NCBI GenBank assembly: GCA_040954595.2
Contig: CM082578.2
Span: 16,414,998-16,478,997, forward strand
Length of the DNA: 64,000 nucleotides
Reading direction: 5' to 3'
Source: Balanoglossus misakiensis
Taxonomy: Eukaryota; Animalia; Hemichordata
This document shows, piece by piece, positions 28,301 through 39,877 of this stretch (within the stretch, counting starts at the first letter, position 1; the number at the start of each line of letters is the position of its first letter). Under the pieces are notes generated by a model. That model did no database searches. It had not been told where the DNA came from and worked only from the letters and a program-made list of their open reading frames with translations. The translations under genes and the position numbers were made by a program.

Positions 28301-28620
28301 TCTCTCTTCGTAATTCTGGTCGATCTCAGTCACCCCAATGTTTGCTGTATGATTTGGTTGAAAGTTGTGTTCCAAGTGGGTCCATAAACATATCGATCAC
28401 AAACTGTCACGCGAGGAGAAGTAAATGTAATAAATAATCATATTGCTTGATATGAAGCAAAAAAAACCTGGCCAGCGTGACATAAACATACAACTATGCG
28501 CGATAACACGATGACAATTGTGAAAATGCAATAACATCAAGCGTTACCGCCGGAGAACCGCCAAGAACCGTTGCGTTCACCACCTGTCAATGGTAAGTCC
28601 AAGACGCTTCTTGGGCGAAA

Positions 28621-31600
28621 ATGAAGGAATTTGAAGAAGTCATCAACACTGTCGGTTCATTTGGTCGCTACCAAAAACTACAATACATAATAATATGGAT
28701 TCTTGGAGGAAGCACCGCCTTTTACCAGATGGGTAACACGCACTACAGCGCTTCGGCTGACCACTACTGTAAAGTATACGACAACCAGACTTATGTCGAC
28801 CAGTCTCCTCTGAAGAACTGCACCATTCCCTACACTCTGGAAGGAGGGGACGTTTCTTGGGAGAAATGTCGGCGGTATGATGTCAACGTTTCTCGGGGAG
28901 TTTCAGAAGAAGTCTGCTCGCCTCGGAGCGAGGAGACTTTCAGTTGCGACCAAGGTTGGGTGTACGACAAAACATGGTATGAAAATACCGTCGTCACTGA
29001 GGTAAGTTTATTTGATTGTGCGTGTCGTACGCTAATACTGGGTTTGTCAACAGAAATTCGGAGACTCCTTTGCGCTAAACTCATCAAAATTACTGAAAAC
29101 TCTCCCCAGATTATTTGTTTGCGAAGGATTTTGTCTTTATTTTTTAATAGTACGACCTGGTATGTACAAATGACTGGATGAAACAACTGTCGAAGTCAAT
29201 GGTTCCATTTGGAAATCTTGTTGGTGTCGTCATCTTTGGCCAACTGGCCGACATGTAAGTCGTGTATGAACATTTACTCCACAAGTTGTCACTATAATGG
29301 CTGTAGTACATTTGTCCATATAATTATAAAGTCACTGGCGTGCTCGTATAACATTGTATGTGGCCCTCTTCTGGTATACGAAGGTTTGCTAAAGAGAATC
29401 CCAATTGAAGTGCCAAAATTCAATTGAATTCAGTTATGTTACGTAAATAATGTTATCTTGTTAGTAAAGTGACTATAATTTGATTTCTGTACAGTTTCGG
29501 CAGAAAACCGATTTTCCTAATCAACCTGGGTCTCACCGTAGCGGTTGCTATAGCAACGTCGTTCTCACCGAGTTATCCGTTCTTCGTGATTGGTCAGTTC
29601 TTTCTCGGCGCTTTTCCTCACACAGTATTCGTAACAGGAAATGTCATTGGTTAGTTCCATGTTATCGTACCACATTGTTCTGTCAGCTATTTTAGAAACT
29701 AACTATATGCTTGATATCTTGAGGTGGAAATGTTGCCTGCTCAAATATGAAGGAATGTTGTAGAGACACATTTTCCACACAAAATGGCCGACATAGTCTG
29801 TACGTGGTTAACCAAGTCCATGATCAGTCAAAATTTGCATCATCACACCCGGTGAAATAGTTGATAGATTTATAATACTGAATCGATCATTGCAGTGAGG
29901 ACATTCCTCAGATACCCTGGGCCTGCACAGGGAAAAGGGCAATATTCACATTTCTAAATATGGCGCTCAACATTGTCGTCTGATTTCTACACCAGTCATG
30001 GAGATGGTGGGACTCCAATACAGAACCATGTGTGGCGCCCTCATGCACGTAGCCTTCAGCACGTTCTACGTCTTGTATGGTGGACTGGCGTTGCTGTGTG
30101 GCGGGAACTGGAGACTGATTCAATTGATAGTCGGTTTAATCTGGATTCTCTACCTCCCGGCAATATTGTAAGTCACGGGATCCATTTGTCGTCTTCCCTC
30201 TAGACAACAACACCTGTTGGCTGCGTCACCCCTCAATTAAGTCCTTAATAGCTTTTCTAGCAAATTAAGTAATAAATGCCTTAATAACTCAAGTTTCACA
30301 AAGTACCTGAGTGGATGATGACAGTTGGAGTTCTTCTCTTTCAGTTTTATCCTTGAGACACCAATGTGGCTGATGCGAAAACATAAATATGACAGAGCTA
30401 AGAAGGTCCTCGGGAAATTTGCTTCGGCAAACAAAACAACTCTGCCGGAAGATATATTCCAAGAGGCTAAAGACAACAAGCTGAAAGCCATAGAAGCCGA
30501 AGAATATTCCAAGGTGAAGGGGAAATTTTTCAGAGCATTAATCCTTGCCCTTAGGTTGGCCACAAGACGATACACCTTCTCCAAATCAGATTTTCAACTG
30601 AATTGAGTTGATGTGATCCCTTTATAGAAGATAGTGACAACTTTTTCACCAAACGGAATATTTTATTCTTTTATTCACGCAGCCTCAGCAGTACACTGTC
30701 TTCGACCTGTTCAAGACGCCAACTCTACGCATAAGGACGCTTCTCATGTGTCTCAACTGGTAAGTGTGTTTACGTCATACCGGTAATAACGTCACGTTGG
30801 TGTTTTTAGGCACGACAAAATATGTTATCGGTCCGTTCTAACAATAGCGAATTTCCCGTACCCATCATGTACTCTTCGTGTGCCTGTTTTGGCAAGGGCG
30901 TGATTGAATGGTACAATGTCAAGCGTCGGATTTTGATTGACCTACAACTTCTGCCTTTCTCTTCCCGCCAAATCTCCAGGTTTTCTTGCAGCTTTGTCTA
31001 CTACGGCATATCTCTGAACACTGATCAACTGGGCAGCAATCCCTATGTCACGTTCATCATTGCCGGCGCCGTTGAAATCCCTGGCCGCCTATTGGCTTGG
31101 TGGCTCATGAAAGCTATTGGAAGACGTTGGGCCCTTTGTAGTATTTCTGTTTTTGGTGGGATTGCATTGATGTTGAGTTTGGTTCCAAGTAAGTAAAACA
31201 ATGTTAGGATTTATGTCCTAAATATCCTCAGTTCCCAGGCTGTCGCGAGCTAGAGCGGTTGTAGATTCCTGGCAATAATTGTGCAAGAGACCACACGATA
31301 CAAACTGATAAATTGTTACAAGCTAGGGCTAGGTCATTATGCAACAAGGAAACTTCTAAAAATTTCTTCTTCATTCCTGTAGAAATTGTGGAACTGTCTG
31401 TTGCCATAGCGATGGTCGCCAAACTCTGCGTCGCTGGAGTTTTTGCCATTGTTTACGTGTATGGTGCAGAAATCTATCCAACAGTTGTCAGGTATACATA
31501 TTTTTGTCTTTGTTTGCAAACAAATATGGATATTAGAGGTTCCCTATTCAATGTTTGACTGAAAAGTCTTTTATCAGAGCACTAATCCTCTGGACACCAT

Positions 31601-32265
31601 CCCTTCAGCAATGAAAAATTGATGTGCACGTTTTGTTAGGTTCCCAGTCATTGCTAATGCCTGCAGCCACCTATGATTATTCATCTCTTTTCATTTCTGA
31701 TTTGCAGGAATGCTGGAATGGGTGTCTCGTCTATGTCAGCGCGTGTTGGCAGCATCATATCCCCCTTCGTCATCTTCCTGGACGTGTTCTGGGGCCCGCT
31801 GCCCTTTGTTGTCATGGGGATGACGTCGGTAGTGGCGGGATTGCTGGGACTGTTTCTGCCAGAGACAAGAAACAAGGCGTTGCCCGAGACACTGGAAGAA
31901 GGGGAGACATTCGGAAAGTAAGTGGCACTATGACGTAAAAATGAAAACTCGGCAGCTCTCAGACCCGGAATCTTCAAGTTCTTCTATCGGACCAGCATGA
32001 AGTGTGTACGTAAGATCCATTAGTTGTCTATCACCAAAGCCTCATGATGAAATTGGTCGGTTCTCTTCCGTATACTGAATCCATTACGCACTCATATCTC
32101 CCTCATGAAGCTCTTCCATTGATCTTGTCCAATGACGGCGTTATAATTATGACGTTATCATTTAATCGCAGGAAAAAGCACAAGTCAGACAAGAAGAAGA
32201 AGATGGACGTAGACTCAATGATGGCGGATAAAGGTCAACAGACGGATATGGAAATACGTGTATAA
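28621..32265 (+). CDS. SLC22-family transporter, copy 5 (10 coding exons, ~559 aa)
   Basis: Exons 28621-29001, 29151-29254, 29495-29649, 29996-30167, 30345-30513, 30683-30759, 30980-31188, 31383-31491, 31708-31917, 32172-32265. Sum is 1680 nt, in frame, all GT-AG. Confidence 0.93.
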
Positions 32266-32701
32266 ATCGAACGAAGAGGGAAGAGTTGAAAATTTGCAGA
32301 AACGGATGAGAAAAACAGATCTATGTTATCAGAAGTTTGTATTTACAAACTTTATGTACGTGATTATTTAGTTCTATGATTAAAACGACCTACATTCAGA
32401 TGAAACCAGACATCCAAACAAGATTGAATAACCATCACATTTGCATTTCATTCACACCCATTGTCTTATCTCACACCTTCACTCTTCTTTTGTATTCCGA
32501 CACACCTGCCAGAGGTCACCAAATACAGGTGATATATCACTTGTCTATGATAAAACCAAGAAAATCTAAATTGGGCTGATTAATCGACTAATATCATTAC
32601 CAATTGTACTACTATAGTGCGCTATGTGTGCTAAGCACGTTTTGTGAATAGATAGTTTGACTTCGTTCCATGTGTCAAACAGTGTGGCGTGTTTCGAGTC
32701 T

Positions 32702-35700
32702 TCATTCGAATGCCTTGTTTGTCTCTCCGAGATCTGCATCAACCTTCAAAACACCGTAAGTGTGCTTTTCATCCGAATTTTCTTCAAGGTCGACCTCGGT
32801 CTGTTGGTACAATTCAGATGCTCCCATTTTGAAATCTTCGTTCTTTGCAACGTCATAGCTCCGACTCTTCTTTTTTCTGTGGAGGAGAGAAATGCCGAAC
32901 GATTCATTTAACAGTCTTTGAACAAGGACTGAGTCAGTCACGTGTGCATAACTATACTAGATGCTTCACGCGAGTGAATGGATAAACCCTGCATATACCA
33001 GTAGAGTACGGCCGAGTATTGTACCAAACTGACGCACATCAACCAAGAACCAACTCTCCGTCTCTTATGATATGCAAAATAGGTCAAAGATCGCTCAAAA
33101 ATTCAGTCCATTATTATTGACACATATCAGAAAAGTACTGCTTACGTTCCGAATAATTCTCCCTCCTCCAGCGTCTCTGGAAGCGTCTTATTTCTCGTCT
33201 CTGGCAGAAACAGTGCCAGCAATCCAGCCAATACTGACGTCACACCCATGATAACGAAGGGCATTGGACCCCAGTACACGTCGAGTAAAACCACAAAGGG
33301 AGATATGATGCTACCAACACGCGCTGACATAGAAGACACGCCCATACCTGCATTCCTAATAAATAGAAAATGACTAGACAAGTTTGTACCATGGTACCAA
33401 ACCGGTTTCTTCTCATCTTTGTATTTATTGGCATTGGCAACCACAACTGGAAATATACTTATTGTGGGGTGTCGCAATCTCCCATTCATTTGCCATTTTA
33501 GACATTTTCAAAACATAAGAACCCTTCTCATCTTCCTCCTCTCTGCCCCCTCTCTCCTTTGCATTTGCCGTTCTCTCAAAGCAAAAAAGAAGCCCCTCTT
33601 ACCTGACGACAGTTGGGTATATTTCTGCGCCATACACGTATACAATGGCGAAAACTGCAGCAACACATAGTTTAGCTACCATCGCTATGGCAACAGACAC
33701 TTCAGGGATTTCTATGGGAAGTAAATAAAGCAGCGCACGCATGATGGAGATTGTCTTGTCGAGTCCCGTATGAATTGTCAAATTCAGAGCACGACAATAT
33801 ATTGCATCTGCAGTGCTATATTTCCGTCCAGGCGTCTTCTGGCATAACCACAAGTCCTACGCGTGGAGATTCGGGAGAAATTGTGACGACATTCTATTGA
33901 AAAAGACTACTCACGCAGAAGGGTCTGGGTAACCGAGACTACTACTCACCCGGTGGTACACTGAGCATGAGTGCAACGCCGCCAACGATGGCAAATCCAG
34001 CCAGCGCCCAGCGCCTACCGATGGCTTTCATCAGCCACCATGCCATAAAACGTCCCGGAACTTCCACGAATCCGGCAAGCAGAAAGGTGATGTAAGGGTT
34101 ACTACCCAGCTGATCCGTATTCAGAGATATACCATAGTACACAAAGCTGCACGCGAACCTGGGAAAAATCAACGCGAAGATGCTGTGCTTACAGTTTTGG
34201 TCTGGCTGGCTGGCTAAAACCATGCAGCAACAATCAGCCATGAATAATCATGGAGAATGATAACGTATAGCGTAACACATACCAGTTAAAACACATCAGT
34301 AACGTTCTAATGCGTAGGTTTGGCGTCTTGAACAGATCATACACTGTGTACTGACGTGGCTGTAACAAAAAACGTATACGAAGACTGTAATAAAGTGACT
34401 GGCAGACTAATTTTAATATTCAAACGCGAACAGGTGTGCCTCCCTTGTGTCAAAGAAAGGGACACAATACGAGTCCAAAATTTACTTTGAATAATGCATG
34501 TGGAATAGGCGCTTCCAACCGTTTTACTCACTTGTTCAACTTCATCAAGGGGTTTTGACTTGACATCTCTTTCCTCTTTAAAGATATCTTCGGGTAGCGT
34601 GGTCTTGTTAGCTTTAGCAAATCGCTTTAGCACGCGTTCGGCTTTATCAAATTTCTGTTTTCGCATCAACCACATGGGAGATTCCAGAATTATACTGTGT
34701 GATCATCAGACATAGGAGTTGTTAAATCTCTGTTCCGTGTACAGTGTACACTACAAGTGGAAGGTTAAACTATGCTTTATTAAACTATGCTCACACGAGC
34801 AGGTAAGTGAGTTCTACGTGGAATCCAAAAAGAATCATGCATGCCCGCTAGCGGCGTAGGGGGTGGCGTTGTAAATATAACTTACAATATTGCAGGTAGG
34901 TACAGAACCCATACGAGACCGGCTATCAATTGTATCAGCCTCCAGTCACCACCGCACAGAAGAGCTATGACACCAAACAACATGTAAAAGACACTGAAGC
35001 CCACGTGGATCAGTGAACCGCACATTGTTCTGTACTCCAGTCCAACCATCTCCATAACTACGGCGAGGATAAATAAAAATATAAGCACGTTTACATATTT
35101 AGCACCACCACCCACTAGGTTTTAAAAAGTGTCACGAGAAAATCGGGGGATTTTTTTGTCTCGAGCTACTGTCTACGGTACCATGGACTTATACCGAGAC
35201 ATTCTTTGTCATTTATTCGGTTACTCACCAATGACGGTACCGGTAACGAACAATGAGTGTGGAAATGCACCCAAACAGAATTGTCCAATCACAAACAATG
35301 TGTAGTTCGGTGCAAATGACGTCAATATTGAAGTAATGATGGAGAGTACGAGGTTGATTACGAAAATTGGTTTTCTCCCGAACCTGTACATGACAAAATG
35401 AAAGAAAACTTCTCGATTACGTGATTCTTTCTTTCTTTCTTTCTTTCTTTCTGTCTGGCAGTTGCCTTGGTGTTATCCTTGGCGTGACGAGTATATGTCA
35501 CGTGATTGGCTTAGCATTTTACTCACATATCTGAAAGCTGTCCAAAGATAACAACGCCAACCAGATTTCCGAGCGGAACAATTGACTTCGACAACTGTCT
35601 CATCCAGCCATTTGTGCATACCAAGTTATACTATCAAGATGGTAGAAATTAAGATGTTTTGTTATTTAGTATGTATGATGACTTAATCTCCGAGTATTAG

Positions 35701-36317
35701 ACACAAGGTAGGCGAATTAAAAGTCTTTAAACGACAAAAGTAGGCCTAAAGGAAAATTTGTAGATGTGTGCCGCCAAAAATACAGACAGGGTTTTAGAGA
35801 TCGAAACATCAGATATATAGATGGGTGAACCTTGGCCCAAACCAGGACAATAGATTAATGTTAGTTGTTATATACACACGAATGAAAAAGCTTCAACTGA
35901 ACAATTTTCTGTGATGTGAATGAAAGTCAAACTTACTTCAAACACGACTGTATTTTCATACCATGTTTTATCATAGACCCATCCTTGGTCACAACTGAAA
36001 GTCTCCTCGCTTCGAGGCGAGCAGACTTCTTCTGAAACTCCCCGAGAAACGTTGACATCATACCGCCGACATTTCGCCCAAGAAACGTCCCCTTCTTCAG
36101 GAGTGTAGGGAATGGTGCAGTTCTTCAGCGGGGAATGGTCGACGTAAATTTGATCGTCGTATACTTTGCAGTAGTGGTCAGCCGAAGCGCTGTAGAAGGT
36201 GTTTCCCATCTGATAGAAAGCGGTGCTACCTGCAAGAATCCATATGACTATGTACTGCCATCTTTGATAGAGACCAAAGGCACCAACGATGTTAATTACT
36301 TCGTCGAACTTCTTCAT
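32702..36317 (-). CDS. SLC22-family transporter, copy 6 (10 coding exons, ~584 aa)
   Basis: Exons 36317-35937, 35630-35527, 35383-35229, 35057-34886, 34694-34532, 34359-34283, 34158-33950, 33711-33603, 33355-33146, 32876-32702. Sum is 1755 nt, in frame. Confidence 0.93.
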
Positions 36318-37484
36318 TTTTGCTCCGAGAATTAAAGCTAAACTTGAAATACGACAAGTGGTTGATTGGATGAGAAAGTTATATTGATTTGTGGCTTGCT
36401 GGCTCGAAAACTTTTAGTTCGCGCCAAAACTTAGTCTCTTCATCGGCATTTCGCTTGGACTGAAGTAATTGTTCTTGTGTTACATTGCCTGACGTCGATG
36501 GGACTTTGACCCGAAGGCGTATACCTGGGACATTCTATCTAATATGGTGATAAAGTACAATTAATCTCCGACTTATGTTGAGATTAATATTGGTCTTCAT
36601 TCTAATTTATGTAAACATGGTTTTAAAAATTGCTTCATTTCAAGTTGTATCGCAAGCAGAGATTTACTAATTACTTCCATTCAGACATGGTTTAGCGTGT
36701 TTTACAGGAGACAACTTTGTTGATTTAAGTTACAACGGTCAACCGAGGCCTGCCAATAAATGCCTCAAATCTCCACATCTCTGCCACTGATGTACACTTG
36801 TCAACAAGACATTCACGTATACTTGCTCGTCTTACGCAACCAACACAACTAAACTTGGACTTTCATCTCGCTCACGAGACCGATGTGGCTGGCGTGAAGA
36901 ATTTGAAACCCAAACTCAAACACAAAATGTGTCCGGCTCAGAGGTAAATAGTATCCTAGACGTAACGATTCTAAAACCGCCGTGATTTGAAAACAAGTGA
37001 AGTTTTACGTATAAACAGATACTTTCCGGGAGACCGCTGCCCAAAGAAACTTATAATGCATCTAATTTTTTTTTACATATCGTGTTTACAAAGCTGTTCT
37101 ACTTCTCGGGAACTCCTCTATCTGTCCGTGTAAATACAGGTTTTGTTTCTTCAAAGATTGTCCAGAGATCTACCAGGGAATGCAATCGATCTTTCTTGCA
37201 CACACCATAGAGGGCCGTTTCGGAACAACCGATAGACACAGAAACGCATTACAGTAGAACGTCGATTATCCGAACAGCTAGGGGGACAGGCTTTTGGTTC
37301 GGTTATGCGATCGGTTCGGATACGCAAACTTAGGGGGGCGGGGTCACATCTGACATATAACACGCATACATAAACCCGTCCATAGTAGACAAGACACATC
37401 GTTTTCCATTCTATTTTTATTTCTAAGTAAATTTGGATGGTTTTAAATACTGCACAAAGTAAAATTATGAGAAAGTAAAAAATA

Positions 37485-39110
37485 AAATATAGCTGCAAGC
37501 AGCAATAGCGGGCCCAAGCCAACATAACACATAGCAACATAGCAATAAGCATATCTGCTCTGGATGCCAAGATATGGTAAATTAGGTCAAAGGTCACCTG
37601 AGTTCATGCAAAATTTAGGCAAGAAATTTTTACCCTTTACTAGTCCATGTTCAACAAAAACCAAACCTATAGCCCTATTGGTTAGCCTGGAATTAGGTAT
37701 GCACATAATTAATGAGGTAGGCAGGTGTCACAGGTGACCCCCAATTTTGCCTTTTCAATTTTAGTCCCAACCCTCCAAACGCCAAGTTGGTACCTGCTCT
37801 GGATGCCAAGATATGGTAAAGTAGGTCAAAGGTCACCTGAGGTCATACAAAATTTGGGCAAGAAATTTTGACCCTATACTGGTCCATGTTCAACAAAAAA
37901 CAAACCTATAGCCCTATTGGTTAGCCTGGAATTAGGTATGCACATAATTAATGAGGTAGGCAGGTGTCACAGGTGACCCCCAATTTTGCCTTTTCAATTT
38001 TAGTCCCAACCCTCCAAACGCCAAGTTGGTACCTGCTCTGGATGCCAAGATATGGTAAAGTGGGTCAAAGGTCACCTGAGGTAATACAAAATTTGGGCAA
38101 GAAATTTTGACCCTATACTGGTCCATGTTCAACAAAAACCAAACCTATAGCCCTATTGGTTAGTCTGGAATTAGGTATGCACATAATTAATGAGATATGC
38201 AGGTGTCACAGGTGACCTTCATTTTGGCTTTTCAATTTTAGTCCCAACCCTCCAAACGCCAAGTCTGTACCTGCTCTGGATGCCGAGATATAGGAAAGTA
38301 GGTCAAAGGTCACCTGAGGTCACCCAAAATTTGGGCAAAAATTTTTGACCCTATACTGGTCCATGTCCCACAAGAACGAAACCTCTAGCCCTCTTAGTTA
38401 GCCCAGAATTAGGTATGCACATAATTAATGAGTTAAGCAGGTGTTACAGGTGAGCCTAAAATTGTGCCTTTTATTTTGGTGCCATTGTGCTCAATGACCA
38501 ATAGACAGTCACTGTACAGGACTATTGCACAGACCAGAATTCCACAATAAAACATGGACATAGCTTAACCATAGAGGTATAAGTAAAGGTATAAATTTAA
38601 TAAAAAAAATAATATAAAAAAATCGGTCGATTTTTCATATTATTTTTTTTCGCTTAAAATTATTGACATATGCTAGGCTAGGTGCACACCAAAGTTTGAG
38701 ATGATCAGCCTAACAGATTTTGAGATATGTATGCATATTTATCCAAAATAATATGTGGTCATAGCTTTACTATGTAAAGTATAGGCCGATGGCTTGGGCG
38801 AAAAATATGAAAAATAATACTTAAAAATCTTCTCCTCAAAATTGACATGGCCTATGGCCTTGACATTTGGCATGTAGAACCCTGGCCATATGGTCCATAA
38901 AGTATCTGAACAGAATTTTGATATCTCAATTCATATGCAAATTAGGGCGATTTGAAAATTTTGCCCATATATGGTCATCAGGTCACGTGACTAATTAGAC
39001 ATTCACGAGGGTACTGCACCAGCTCTCATTGGCCTGCACCATTGTGCTAAGTTTGAAATTGGTAGGTTCAGCCGTTCTCCAGATCTAGCTGGACAAAAAA
39101 ACGACACAAG

Positions 39111-39142
<32 letters not shown>

Positions 39143-39200
39143 GAAGAAAAATCCCAGTAATACCAATAGGGCCCAAGCCTGCTGGGCTTGGGCCCTAATA
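37485..39200 (-). mobile_element. Helentron-associated / DINE-1-like non-autonomous element
   Basis: Subterminal inverted motif GGGCCCAAGCC at 37510-37520 pairs with a hairpin TAGGGCCCAAGCC-N5-GGCTTGGGCCCTA at 39167-39197. (AAG)n microsatellite ~39108-39147, central 239-bp tandem repeats, terminal stem-loop GCTGCAAGCAGC at 37492-37503, A/T-rich ends. This layout matches Helentron-derived (HINE/DINE) elements. Confidence 0.7.
37555..38470. repeat. Tandem repeat, ~239-bp unit, ~3.8 copies
   Basis: Unit start ctgctctggatgcc recurs at 37555, 37794, 38033 and 38271 (periods 239, 239, 238). Units are highly similar and the last is more degenerate. Confidence 0.95.
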
Positions 39201-39877
39201 AAAGAATGACGACGTGAGGTCGAGCATGTGACGCTCGCTTCATGACATAGCCATGATGGCATGGACAGTGCATGGCGGAAGCAATGCGATGTCGGTCGGT
39301 TCGATGTTTCTCGGCAGATCACTACTGGAATTACAAATGGTGAAATTTCCCAAAACCCAAGGGTTTTTAAACACTTCTACCGAACTAGTTAACACATTCA
39401 AGTTTTGACAAAATGCCGCGAACGTTTAATGAAAAAGCCGACCATCGGTCGCAACCATTTAGCAAGGCTGGCAAAGCTTTGCGGCTGACGAACCGTGCCA
39501 TTGTCGAGCTATTTATTTTCACACCTCTTGCGATTGCATCCAAATGATTCATACCCGAGGATACAAAACATTAACACTTTCAGAATTAAAACAAAAGGCT
39601 AATGGGCGGTAAGGTTGTTTAAAGAAATAACTTTTTAAAAGAGGAAAGTGCTGTATGATGCCTTCCTTTGACAGCGAGGGCCGTGAATATCAAACAATGA
39701 TTAAGCAAGGTATACGCCTAGTACAGGTAGACTTTTCGGGGGACACAGAGTGAGTTCGGATGACCGAACAATGCGGATAATCGACGTGCGGATAATCGAC
39801 GTTCTACTGTACATGTAAACTATAAGGGAACAGGTGATACTGGTCAGACGGATTCTTCATTCTCTTGACTCGCGATC

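Larger units (their letters stand above)
37252..39809. mobile_element. Non-autonomous Tc1/mariner-pogo (Tigger-like) DNA transposon carrying a nested insertion
   Basis: Perfect 21-bp TIRs CAGTAGAACGTCGATTATCCG (37252-37272) and its reverse complement (39789-39809), with TA on both sides (37250-51, 39810-11). TIR-derived subterminal motifs (cggataatcgacg repeated). No transposase ORF. Confidence 0.85.

Noticed and set aside
28621-29500. Apparent missing exon 2 in copy 5 (absent from the ORF track)
   Set aside because: The 104-nt exon is present at 29151-29254 with AG/GT ends; it is just not shown as its own ORF.
37555-38470. Regularly spaced repeats as a possible CRISPR-like array
   Set aside because: Whole 239-bp units repeat with no unique spacers, the context is eukaryotic and there are no cas genes.
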